DNA of 61,934 nt, filler included, from Actinomycetota bacterium (GTDB lineage: Bacteria > Actinomycetota > Acidimicrobiia > IMCC26256 > VFJJ01): assembly GCA_009886115.1 (NCBI GenBank). It is 7 parts of 7 records of this genome, joined end to end, with 100 filler letters (N's around TTAATTAATTAA, not from the genome) between each part and the next. Parts side by side here need not be neighbours in the genome. Positions count along the whole stretch, not along the records: positions 34,163 to 44,386 come from VFJJ01000202.1; positions 44,487 to 49,690 come from VFJJ01000173.1; 5 more parts are not named here. One strand, 5' to 3'. The notes under the pieces are model-generated. The model was not told the DNA's origin. It saw only the letters and a list, made by a program, of their open reading frames with translations, and made no database searches. Both the position numbers and the translations under genes were made by a program. Every line of letters begins with the position of its first letter. The first letter of the stretch is position 1. Below, piece after piece: positions 38,976-48,258 of this stretch.

Positions 38976-40292
38976 ATGAGCCAGACGAGCGTTCTCCCCC
39001 GCCGCAGACGGTTTCCACGTGTTCTCGTCCCGACGGCCATCGTCGGGATCGTGGCCGTCGCGGCACTCGGGCGCTTCGTGTTCTACGACGACAGCGCGCC
39101 ACCAGCCCTCGAACGTGGCGGGGCGTCCGCCTCGGCCGACTCGATCCCTTCACTGGAGGCAGTCGCCACCGCATCGCCCGACGATGCGGGAGCCTGGCAG
39201 GAGCTGGCGACGGCGTACGTGACGGCCATCATCCAGGGCGATCCCTCGTACTCGCCCCAAGCCATCGAGGCGCTCGATCGCGCCGAGGCCTTGGCTCCGG
39301 GCGATCCCACCACGCAGGTCGTGCGCGGCGTGCTGCACCTCTCGTTGCACCAGTTCGCCGACGCCGAGCGTTTGGCCCGCGCGGCGCTCGCCGTTCGACC
39401 CGACAATCGCGACGCCCTCGCGGTCCTTGTCGACGCCCAGGTCGAGCTCGGTCAGTACGACCAGGCAGCGTCGACTCTCCAGACGCTCCTCGACCTCCGG
39501 CCTTCGTTGGCTGCGCTGTCCCGGGCGTCGTACCTCCGCGAGCTCCACGGAGACCTGCCCGGCGCCATCGTGGCCATGCAGCAGGCCCAGGCTGCGAGTG
39601 GCTCGGCCTTCGACACGGCCAACGTCACGACCTATCTGGGCGACATCCTGCTGACGGACGGGCGTCCCGAGCAGGCTGCCGTGCAGTACCAGCGGGCCCT
39701 CGAGTTCGTGCCCGGCCTCGTAGGCGCCGACCTGGGACTCGCCCGGGCCCAGTTGGCGACGGGCGACGTGACCGGGGCCGTCGCCCGGCTCGAGGCCCTG
39801 CTGGAACGGTCGCCCCAGTTCGGGGCAGCGACGCTGCTGGGCGACTTGTACATGAGCGCCGGGCGTCACGACGATGCCGGCGCCGCCTATGCGCTCGTCG
39901 ACGAGGGCCTGGCGCTGGAGCGGGCCAACGGCAGCATCGTCTACCTCGAGATCGCCGTGTTCAAGGCCGATCATGGCGACCTGCAGGGCTCGCTCGCGGC
40001 GGCCGAGACGGCGTACGAGGAACGCCAGACCGTGCTCACCGCCGACGCGTTGGCGTGGGCCCTGCACCGCAACGGCAGCAGCACCGAAGCCCTCCGGTAC
40101 ACCGAGGAGGCGCTCCGTCTCGGAACTGTCGACCCCCACATCCTGTTCCATGCCGCGGCCATCCACCATGCGACAGGCGACGACGACAGAGCCCGGGCAG
40201 AGATCGAACGAGCGGCTCCTTCGACACCGTCGCTCTCTCCTCTCGTGGTGGCCGAGATCGACGCTCTGGCGAAAGAGCTCGGAGTACGGTGA
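38976..40292 (+). CDS. Membrane-anchored tetratricopeptide repeat protein
   Basis: AGGAG RBS, N-terminal TM helix, multiple TPR-like repeats. Confidence 0.85.
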   Translation: MSQTSVLPRRRRFPRVLVPTAIVGIVAVAALGRFVFYDDSAPPALERGGASASADSIPSLEAVATASPDDAGAWQELATAYVTAIIQGDPSYSPQAIEALDRAEALAPGDPTTQVVRGVLHLSLHQFADAERLARAALAVRPDNRDALAVLVDAQVELGQYDQAASTLQTLLDLRPSLAALSRASYLRELHGDLPGAIVAMQQAQAASGSAFDTANVTTYLGDILLTDGRPEQAAVQYQRALEFVPGLVGADLGLARAQLATGDVTGAVARLEALLERSPQFGAATLLGDLYMSAGRHDDAGAAYALVDEGLALERANGSIVYLEIAVFKADHGDLQGSLAAAETAYEERQTVLTADALAWALHRNGSSTEALRYTEEALRLGTVDPHILFHAAAIHHATGDDDRARAEIERAAPSTPSLSPLVVAEIDALAKELGVR

Positions 40293-40933
40293 TCCACCCG
40301 GTACTGCCGATGCGAAGGACACTCGTGCACGACATCACCGCGCTGGCGGCCGACGCGATCGCCCCGGTCGAGCGAAGCCCCCAGAAGCGATGGGAGGTAC
40401 AGCTCCGAGACCGGCTCGTCGCCGGGGACGCGGGCGCCCTCGCCGAGGCCTACGACCAGTTGGCCGCCTTCGTGCACGGACTGGCGGTCAAGGTCACCTG
40501 CGATCTCCAGGCCGGCGAGGAGATCACCCAGGACGTGTTCCTGGACTTGTGGGAACGTCCCGAGCTGTTCGATCCGTCCCGGGGGACCCTTCGGGCCTAC
40601 CTGGGCGCGATCACGCACGGCCGTTCCGTCGATCGGGTGCGCAGGGATGAGGCCCGGAGACGTCGCGAGACCCACGACGCCAACACCGTCACCGTCCCTC
40701 CCGACGTGGGGGAGATGGCGACCAGCCTGGTCGTGGCCGAGCGGGTGCGTGCCGCTGTCGACGAACTTCCCCATGAGCAACGTGAGGCATTGATGCTCGC
40801 CTACTTCGGCGGCAAGACCTACCGGCAGGTTGCCGAAGCGATCGGGATCCCCGAAGGCACGGCGAAGTCCCGGCTGCGCTTGGCCTTGCGCAAGGTCGCA
40901 GCGGTGCTCGAGAGCGAGGGGCTCCACCCATGA
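40289..40933 (+). CDS. ECF RNA polymerase sigma factor (SigK-like); start may be GTG 40325
   Basis: EEITQDVFLDLW..FDPSRG..RSVDRVR (region 2) and LAYFGGKTYRQVAEAIGIPEGTAKSRLRLAL (region 4). Confidence 0.92.
   Translation: MIHPVLPMRRTLVHDITALAADAIAPVERSPQKRWEVQLRDRLVAGDAGALAEAYDQLAAFVHGLAVKVTCDLQAGEEITQDVFLDLWERPELFDPSRGTLRAYLGAITHGRSVDRVRRDEARRRRETHDANTVTVPPDVGEMATSLVVAERVRAAVDELPHEQREALMLAYFGGKTYRQVAEAIGIPEGTAKSRLRLALRKVAAVLESEGLHP
40290..40316 (+). promoter_or_regulatory. Putative autoregulatory ECF promoter
   Basis: TGATCC-N16-GCGAA, ending 8 nt before an in-frame GTG (40325) of the sigma gene. Confidence 0.45.
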
Positions 40934-41997
40934 ACCACCCTCCCAGCTCAGCGCCTCGCTCGCCTGAACCGCCGCTCGAGCGCGATGTCGTGCGCGACCT
41001 CCTCGCTGCCGTTGCCCTCAACGCCGTCACCGACGACGAGCTCCGGGCTGTCGAGGCCTTCGTCGAGACCGACGATGATCTCGGCGTCGAGCTGAGCCGG
41101 TTGCGCAACGCCGCCGGCTGGCTCGGCGCGTTCGAGTCGTCACCGCCTTCGGCATCCCTGCGAAGCGACATCCTCCACAAGGTTCGGGATCTCCGCTCGC
41201 CCACGGCCCGCGACGTCTACCGCGATGTCGTCGACGACCTCCGGGGGCTGCTCGGCGCGATCGCCGAGAGCGACGGTTCGCTCGATGCCGTCGGCACGTG
41301 GACGATTCGCGATGTCGTCGCGCATCTCTGGGCGAGCGAGAGCCTCCTGCAGGAGATGCTCGACGACCACGGGCGCGCGATCGAGGCTCAGGAGACCCTC
41401 GACGCCACGGCTCGGGCCCAGACGACGGCGCGTGGAATGGCCCTCGGCGACATCGCGCAGCGCTTCATCGGCACCGCCGAACGAACCATCGGCCACGACT
41501 CGAGCGCCGCACCGGCGCCGGGCGAGCGGGGGCCGAGCGTCACCATCGTCGGGGTCCCTACGCCGCTCCAGCGGTTCCTCGTGAGCAGAGCGTTCGAGAT
41601 GCACGTCCACGCCTGCGACATCCGGCGCGCGCTCGGCCAGGAGTTCACGGCCCCTGCTGCGGCGCACTACCGGCTGATGGCCGACATGGGGGTGAAGTCG
41701 CTCCCCGCAGCACTCGCGAACAACGGCCGGTCGTTTCCCGGCCGCACCGCCCGGATCGTGCTCACGGGACACGGGGCTGGCGAATGGACGATTCCACTGT
41801 CGTACAAAGGGATCGCGGGTGAGCCCGACATCACGTTCACCGTCTCGGCAACCGACTTCTGCGTCCTCGTCGGCGATCGGATGCGACCCGAGGACTTCGC
41901 TGCGACGGTCACGCGCCACGGCGACATCGCGGCCGGCGAGGCCGACGCGATCGCCGATGCTCTGGTGGCGGTCGCCGCCACGTTCGCGGGGCCGTAG
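40930..41997 (+). CDS. Anti-sigma-like N-terminal domain fused to a maleylpyruvate isomerase (MDMPI/DinB)-family domain
   Basis: DLLAAVALNAV..E...VE...PPSASLRSDIL (RskA-type anti-sigma domain), WTIRDVVAHL and AFEMHVHACDIRRALG (MDMPI). ATGA coupling to the sigma gene. Confidence 0.8.
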   Translation: MNHPPSSAPRSPEPPLERDVVRDLLAAVALNAVTDDELRAVEAFVETDDDLGVELSRLRNAAGWLGAFESSPPSASLRSDILHKVRDLRSPTARDVYRDVVDDLRGLLGAIAESDGSLDAVGTWTIRDVVAHLWASESLLQEMLDDHGRAIEAQETLDATARAQTTARGMALGDIAQRFIGTAERTIGHDSSAAPAPGERGPSVTIVGVPTPLQRFLVSRAFEMHVHACDIRRALGQEFTAPAAAHYRLMADMGVKSLPAALANNGRSFPGRTARIVLTGHGAGEWTIPLSYKGIAGEPDITFTVSATDFCVLVGDRMRPEDFAATVTRHGDIAAGEADAIADALVAVAATFAGP

Positions 41998-42009
41998 TAG
42001 ACCCTCGGG

Positions 42010-43179
42010 GTGATCAAGTACCTGGGGTCCAAGCGCCGGCTCGTCCCCACACTCGAGGCCGTCGTCGACGCCATCGGCGCCCGCACCGCCGTCGACCTGT
42101 TCACGGGCACGACCCGGGTTGCCCAGGCATGGAAAGCGCGTGGCATCGAGGTGTGGGCCGTCGACACCGCTCGGTACTCGGAGGTCCTGGCTCGCGCGGC
42201 GATCGGCACCGATGCCAGTGCAGTCGACGGGGACGCGCTCGACCGTGAGCTCGACCGGCTCGATGGGCTCCCCGGCCGGGCCGGTTACTTCACCGAGACC
42301 TTCTGCCTGGCCTCGCGTTTCCTCCAACCCCACAACGGAGAACGGATCGACGCGATCAGAGATGCCATCGATGCCGACCACGCCGGAACGCCGCTCGAGC
42401 CCCTGCTGCTCGCCAGCCTGATGCTGGCCGCCGACCGGGTCGACTCGACGACCGGCGTGCAGATGGCCTACCTCAAGCAGTGGGCGCCCCGTTCGCACCA
42501 GCGTCTGACGCTACGACGACCGCCCATGCTCGAGGGCCGCGGACACGCCTGGCGGGCCGACGCGCTCGAAGCCGTCGAGCGGCTCCCCGAGGTCGACCTG
42601 GCGTACCTCGACCCGCCATACAACCAGCATCGCTACTACACGAACTACCACATCTGGGAGACGCTGATCGCCTGGGACCGGCCCGAGCACTACGGGATCG
42701 CATGCAAGCGGATCGACTGCCGCGACCCCCTCACCCGCAGCCCCTTCAACGCCAAGGCCGAGATCGCGCCGGCCCTGGCCCGGCTCGTGGCCCACGTCCC
42801 GGCACGGACGGTGCTGCTGAGCTTCAGCGACGAGGGATTCCTCTCGCTCGAAACGCTGATCACCATGTGCCGTCAGCGTTTTCCGGTCGTCGAGGCGGTC
42901 GCGTTCGGATCACGTCGATACGTCGGCGCGCAGATCGGGATCCACAACCCCGCGGGGGTCAAGGTGGGCCGGGTCTCACACCTGCACAACCGCGAGTTCC
43001 TGGTCGTCGCCGGCGAAGCGGCCGTGGTGGCACGTGCCATCGACGCGTTGCGCTCAGCCGGCGGCGACCTTCTCGCCGTCGCCGGAGGTGTCCCAGCTGG
43101 CCAGATCAGCGAGCTTGGGATTGTTGGAGAAGACCTTGACGATGGGCTCGTCGAGGTTCAGCGCACGCTTGAGGCGTAG
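42010..43179 (+). CDS. DNA adenine methyltransferase (D12/Dam-like class), orphan
   Basis: IKYLGSKRRL, DLFTGTTRV (motif I) and AYLDPPYN (motif IV). Confidence 0.88.
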   Translation: MIKYLGSKRRLVPTLEAVVDAIGARTAVDLFTGTTRVAQAWKARGIEVWAVDTARYSEVLARAAIGTDASAVDGDALDRELDRLDGLPGRAGYFTETFCLASRFLQPHNGERIDAIRDAIDADHAGTPLEPLLLASLMLAADRVDSTTGVQMAYLKQWAPRSHQRLTLRRPPMLEGRGHAWRADALEAVERLPEVDLAYLDPPYNQHRYYTNYHIWETLIAWDRPEHYGIACKRIDCRDPLTRSPFNAKAEIAPALARLVAHVPARTVLLSFSDEGFLSLETLITMCRQRFPVVEAVAFGSRRYVGAQIGIHNPAGVKVGRVSHLHNREFLVVAGEAAVVARAIDALRSAGGDLLAVAGGVPAGQISELGIVGEDLDDGLVEVQRTLEA

Positions 43180-44238
43180 CACCGGCAGCTCCTGGTTCCA
43201 CTCGAGCAACGTGACGGCGACACCCGCCGCGCCGGCCCGAGCCGTACGACCCGAACGATGCAGGTAGGTCTTGTGGTCGTCGGCGGGCTCCCAGTGCACC
43301 ACGACGTCGATGCCCTCGACGTGGATGCCGCGTGCCGCGACATCGGTCGCTACGAGCACCGGCAGGCTCCCCTCGGCGAAACCGGCCAGGGCCTTCTCGC
43401 GCTCGCGCTGCTGGAGGTCGCCGTGGATGGGGCTGGCCGTGACCCCCTTGGCTCGCAGGTCACGCGCCAGACGGTCGGCGGCCCGCTTGGTGTTGGTGAA
43501 GATCAGCACCCGGTTGGCGCCCTGGGCGATGGCCGCGGCCACGAGCACCTTGTCCATCTCGTGCACGAGCAGGAAGCGGTGCACCATCGTGGTGACGGTG
43601 CGCTCGGCCGCGCCCACCTCGTGGAACACGGGGTCGGTCATCTGACGGCGGACCAGGTGGTCGATGCCGCCGTCGAGGGTGGCCGAGAACAGGAGGGTCT
43701 GACGCTGGTGGGTGAGCCGGCGCAGTAGCCAGTCGACCTGGGGCAAGAAGCCCATGTCGGCCATCCGGTCGGCCTCGTCGATGACGAGACGCTTCACGTC
43801 GTCGAGCACGAGCTGCTTCTGGTCGAGCAGGTCGATGAGCCGGCCGGGCGTGGCCACCACGATCTCGGCGCCTTCTTGCAGACGGGCGATCTGCTTGGTC
43901 ATCGAAGCGCCGCCGTAGATGTCGGCGACCTTCAGGCCCCGAACTTCGGCGAGCGGGTCGAGGACCCCACGGACCTGGGAGGCCAGCTCACGGGTGGGAA
44001 CGAGCACCAGCGCCCGAGGCCGCCCCGGACCGGCTCCCGGGGTGGTGTTCTGGACGATGGGAATCCCGAAGGCGAGGGTCTTGCCCGAGCCGGTGCGGGC
44101 CTTGCCGCACACGTCCCGTCCACTCAGTGCATCGGGGATGGTCAACAGTTGGATGGCGAAGGGGGCCTCGATACCACTCGCAGCAAGCGATGCCACGAGG
44201 TCGGGCGCCACGCCGAGTCCGGCGAAGGACGCGATCAC
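43054..44238 (-). CDS. DEAD-box RNA helicase
   Basis: Q motif, RTGSGKT, PTRELA, TPGRL, DEAD, SAT, ARGI and HRSGRTAR. GTG 44238. Confidence 0.95.
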   Translation of the reverse strand: MIASFAGLGVAPDLVASLAASGIEAPFAIQLLTIPDALSGRDVCGKARTGSGKTLAFGIPIVQNTTPGAGPGRPRALVLVPTRELASQVRGVLDPLAEVRGLKVADIYGGASMTKQIARLQEGAEIVVATPGRLIDLLDQKQLVLDDVKRLVIDEADRMADMGFLPQVDWLLRRLTHQRQTLLFSATLDGGIDHLVRRQMTDPVFHEVGAAERTVTTMVHRFLLVHEMDKVLVAAAIAQGANRVLIFTNTKRAADRLARDLRAKGVTASPIHGDLQQREREKALAGFAEGSLPVLVATDVAARGIHVEGIDVVVHWEPADDHKTYLHRSGRTARAGAAGVAVTLLEWNQELPVLRLKRALNLDEPIVKVFSNNPKLADLASWDTSGDGEKVAAG

Positions 44239-44347
44239 GCAGATTGAACTCCTGTGGAGAGCGGGGGCGATGCCGGGAACAGCCCGGCTCGAAACGCTGA
44301 GCCCGCAGACGCACTCTACCTGGCCGGCCCCCCATGCCCGGACCAAC

Positions 44348-44386
44348 ACCCCCGTCCCCCCTTCAATCCCCAAATTCGTGCAGAAA
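44348..44386. repeat. Left half of a REP-like element at the contig end
   Basis: C-rich run then CCCCAAATTCGTGCAGAAA, nearly identical to CCCCAAATTTGTGCAGAAA in the 54256-54301 copy. Confidence 0.65.
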
Positions 44387-44486
44387 NNNNNNNNNNNNNN
44401 NNNNNNNNNNNNNNNNNNNNNNNNNNNNNNTTAATTAATTAANNNNNNNNNNNNNNNNNNNNNNNNNNNNNNNNNNNNNNNNNNNN
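44387..44486. other. Artificial contig linker
   Basis: N44-TTAATTAATTAA-N44. Confidence 0.98.
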
Positions 44487-45842
44487 CGTCCCGTCGAGCT
44501 CGGCGACCATCACCCACGATCCGGGGTGCAGCGAGATCCGGCGGTACAGACGCCTGAGGAAGGGCTCACCGAGCGAGGCGAGGAAGCCTTCGCCGATCCG
44601 CGATGCGTGCAGCGCGGCGATCGCCGGAGCATCGGCAGGACCAGCCGGGCGCACGACGATCCCGTCGCGCTTGGGCGCGGTGAGGTCGCGCCGGGCGAGG
44701 AGCCGGTCGTAGGTGGCCAGGCTCAGGTCGATCTGGCGCCGCTGGTCGAACTCGACGAGCGCCTTGGCTCGGGCGGCCGCACCCATGCGGCACCTCGCAT
44801 CACGATCGACGACGAGGCCCACGACCGCCCGGGCGATGGCGTCGGCCGATCGGACGGGGACGAGGAGCCCGGTAACGCCGTCGTCGACCACCTGCCGACA
44901 GCCGCGGATGTCGGTGGCGATGATCGGCAACCCCATGGCCGAGGCCTCCATGGCCGAGCGGGGGAACCCCTCGCGCCACGAGGCCAGGAGATAGCAGTCC
45001 ATCGCTCCATAGCAGTCGTCGACGTCGTCGCGGGAGCCGAGGAAGACAACGCCCCCGGCCTTGGAGGCCTGCTCCCGCTCGGCAACGGTGATGGCGTCGG
45101 CCTTGTCGGGATCGTCGGGCCCGACAACCACGAAGAGCGCCCTGGGGCAGCGATCGCGCACCTGAGCCGCAGCTTCGAACACCTCGCGGTAGCCCTTCTC
45201 GACCACGAGGCGCCCCACGAGACCGACGACCACGTCGTCGGGTTCAGCGCCCCACTCGCGGCGGAGCTGGAGCGTCCGGGCCCGGTCGAGGCGGCCGGGG
45301 TCGAAGCGACGCAGGTCGACGCCGTTGCCGAGCAGCACGAGCTTGTCGGGGTCGATGCCGAGCCGGGCCAGGACCGTGACGTCCTCGGGGTTCTGGACGA
45401 GCTCGGCCCCCGAGCACGTGGCCGCCAAGCGTTCCAACCCGTAGACGACGGCTCGCTTGGCGATCGGATCGTCGGGTAGGGCGTACAGGCCGTGCACCGT
45501 GTTGACGATCGCCGGCACACCGGCGATGCGCGCCGCCAGCCGCCCGTACACGCCGGGCTTGGGGTTGTGGGTGTGGACGATGTCGGGCCGGAGCTCACGG
45601 AACCGCTGCACCAGCTCGACCAACGCCCGGGCGTCCTCCCCCGGCGACATGGCCCGGGTGGCGTGCGCCAAGGGCACGTGCCTGATGCCGGCCGCCTCCA
45701 GGCCGGCGACGTACGGCCCGGGTGCCGACAGGCCGATCACCTCGTAGCCGGCGTCCTTGAACGCCACGAGCTGGGGGCCGAGCAGGAGCTCGAGGCTCAT
45801 GTCGGTGGTGGTGACATGAGCGAGTCGGGGGGCTCGGGTCAC
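44487..45842 (-). CDS. GT4 glycosyltransferase (CapM-like) fused to a GNAT acetyltransferase-like domain (3' partial)
   Basis: VHTHNPKPG, GNGVDL, SWREGFPRSAMEA, then in-frame VRPAGPADAPAIAALH..GFLASLGEPFLRRLY. Confidence 0.85.
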
Positions 45843-46660
45843 GTCGTGCGCCCTGCGTAGCGCCGCCGGTTGAGCCGCTCGCGAACGGCATCCTCGAGAC
45901 CGAGTCCGCCTGCGAGCTTGCGTTCGAACCAGGCCATCCCGTCGGAGCGCTGGATCGGCGAGCGGGCCAGACGATGCGGATCGGTCGAGCCGTAGCGGTT
46001 CGGACGGGTCCCGGCGAGCGATGCGCTCCGGAAGCGTTCTTTCACGAGCCGCTCGGTGGCCGTCGAACCCAACAGGGCCTTGGGGTAGGCGAAGTGCGCC
46101 GGCGCACTCCCGAGGCGCTCACCGATGAGCTCGATCGAACGGTCGAGATCGCCCTCGGCCTCGGAGACGCCGGCCCGATCGAGCAGGAGGTGCGTGTGGG
46201 TGTGCGAGCCGATCTGCACCAGGCCCGTGGAGCATGCGTCGCGGAGGCCGGCCCACGACGCTGGGCGGCCGTCGTGGTCGAACGACACGCCCCGCTCGAT
46301 GAAGTCGGTGGCCACGTACATGAGGGCAGGAACACCATGGCGCACGAGGATGGGAACCGCCACGTCGACGAAGTCGACGGTCCCGTCGTCGAACGTGACC
46401 ACCACGGGGTCGCGGTCTCGTGAGCCGGGGGTCTCGCTGTCGAGCGCGTCGAGCGCGTCGTCGATGTTCGCCATCCGCCCGCTGGCGGCCAGGGCGGCCA
46501 TCTGACGGTCGAAGACGTCGGCCGCGAGCTCCATCTCGAGCGTCGACCCCGCGCCGACGCGGTGGTAGATGAGCACCACCACGCCCGGTGCCGGGCGCCG
46601 GACCAGATCGACCCCCGCCGAGGCGGCCTTCATCCCCTGAGCGAGGAACCGCTTCATCAT
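45839..46660 (-). CDS. Polysaccharide deacetylase (CE4, IcaB-like)
   Basis: VLIYHRV, VTFDDG, IGSHTHTH and FAYP motifs. ATGA coupling. Confidence 0.88.
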   Translation of the reverse strand: MMKRFLAQGMKAASAGVDLVRRPAPGVVVLIYHRVGAGSTLEMELAADVFDRQMAALAASGRMANIDDALDALDSETPGSRDRDPVVVTFDDGTVDFVDVAVPILVRHGVPALMYVATDFIERGVSFDHDGRPASWAGLRDACSTGLVQIGSHTHTHLLLDRAGVSEAEGDLDRSIELIGERLGSAPAHFAYPKALLGSTATERLVKERFRSASLAGTRPNRYGSTDPHRLARSPIQRSDGMAWFERKLAGGLGLEDAVRERLNRRRYAGRTT

Positions 46661-48258
46661 GGGTGATCGCCGCGACCGTTGAGCAGGCCGTTGTTCAAGC
46701 CGTCGATCCGACCGTTCAGCGCCGACGACGCCCGCGCACCGGCACCCACCAAACGACCGGTTGGTGGAGGGGTCGCCGACTCGGCGCCGGGATCGGCGGT
46801 CGAGCCGTCGGACGGGTCTGCGATCCATCGCACGCGCCCGCGCCGCCGCTGGCCGTGGCGTCGTCGCTCCGACGCGAGCTGCTCGATCTGTCCCCTGCTC
46901 TGGCGGCAGAACATCACGAAGAACGCCGGGAGCGCGAGCGAGCGTTGACGGACGAGGAGACCGAAGTTGCCGAACGATGAGAACACCGCGCCGTACATGA
47001 TCACGGCGAGGAGGCAGAACAACAGGAACGGCTCCTTCCTGAGATTGCGTACGGACGCGCCGAGGGAGCGGATGCGCAACAGCGCGGCTCCGAGGATGAT
47101 GGAGTTCTCGAGCGCGGAGATGGCCATGAACCCTGAGCTCGCCTCGTACGGCAGGGGACGGAACAAGACGGTGAAGAGACTCATCGGCAGGGAGCTCACG
47201 GACAGTTGAGGGGGCGGCGTGTCGAACTGCGACCCTCCCGAATCGTTCCGCCCGCTCTGGACCGCCAGCCGATCCTCGATCGACGACCTGCTGATGCCTC
47301 CCTGGATGTCGAGGAACTCGGCTGCGCTCTGGACGAACACCGCCGAGGCCCCGAGAACGACCACGATCCCCACCATCCGGGTGAGCCCGGGCGCGACCAT
47401 CGGACGATCGGAGCGGAGCCGGCCGAAGAGGTACGCCACCGAGAGCCCGATCCCGAAGATGGCGGTGAGGTGCGGCCGCACCACGTTCACCAGCAGCGCC
47501 GACGGAGCGAGCACGAGCACGGCGGGCAGCGGACGCCGACGCAACAGCAGCGACGACCCGTAGGCCATCCCGCCGAGCCCCAGGTTCATCAAGGCTTCCT
47601 TGCCGATGGAGCTGGGCCAGAAGGCGATGCTGGGGAGGAACATCACGATCCCGAGGAACATGCGCTTGTTGAGGGTGGGGATGCTGTCGGCTGCCGCCCG
47701 GAACCAGAGATACGAGCCCCAGTAGGCGGCATAGCCGTACACGAGGAAGCCGCCGATGATCGTGGGCCCCCCCGTGCCGACGTAGAGGATCCCGGTGAGG
47801 TACCGCACGAAGTTCGTCTGGCTGGCGTCGGCGAGCTGCGGTCGCTCGTAGCCGCCGAAGAACGCCGCGGCCCAACGCCGTCCGAAGTTGTCGTACTGCG
47901 ACGCATCGCCGACGCCTCCATAGCCGACCTTGAGCGTGAGGTACCGGAGGAGGCTGCAGATCAGCTTGAAGATGAGCCCGGCGAGCAACAACTTGAAGAG
48001 GTACGGCTCGTCGGGATGGCGACGCTTGAGCCACGCCAGGACCGGGAGCCCCAACACCACGAGCAACGGCACCACGGTGACGGCCGAGTACTCGCCGGGC
48101 TCGCCGTTGAGGATCGCCTGGGTGACAACCAGCACGAGCCCGAACACGAGGACCAGCCCGAGGATCACCATCGGGCGGAACTCGGGCCGGCGACGACTCG
48201 GGCGGTACGCGACGCCGATCTGGGCCGCGATCTTTCCGGGCGGGCTGAACGTGGTCAT
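46657..48258 (-). CDS. Polytopic membrane protein (Wzy/GT-C-like polysaccharide polymerase candidate)
   Basis: Many TM helices, with GDASQY, FWPSSIGKE, VRPH, LFRPLPYE and NFGLLVRQR. Confidence 0.65.
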   Translation of the reverse strand: MTTFSPPGKIAAQIGVAYRPSRRRPEFRPMVILGLVLVFGLVLVVTQAILNGEPGEYSAVTVVPLLVVLGLPVLAWLKRRHPDEPYLFKLLLAGLIFKLICSLLRYLTLKVGYGGVGDASQYDNFGRRWAAAFFGGYERPQLADASQTNFVRYLTGILYVGTGGPTIIGGFLVYGYAAYWGSYLWFRAAADSIPTLNKRMFLGIVMFLPSIAFWPSSIGKEALMNLGLGGMAYGSSLLLRRRPLPAVLVLAPSALLVNVVRPHLTAIFGIGLSVAYLFGRLRSDRPMVAPGLTRMVGIVVVLGASAVFVQSAAEFLDIQGGISRSSIEDRLAVQSGRNDSGGSQFDTPPPQLSVSSLPMSLFTVLFRPLPYEASSGFMAISALENSIILGAALLRIRSLGASVRNLRKEPFLLFCLLAVIMYGAVFSSFGNFGLLVRQRSLALPAFFVMFCRQSRGQIEQLASERRRHGQRRRGRVRWIADPSDGSTADPGAESATPPPTGRLVGAGARASSALNGRIDGLNNGLLNGRGDHP

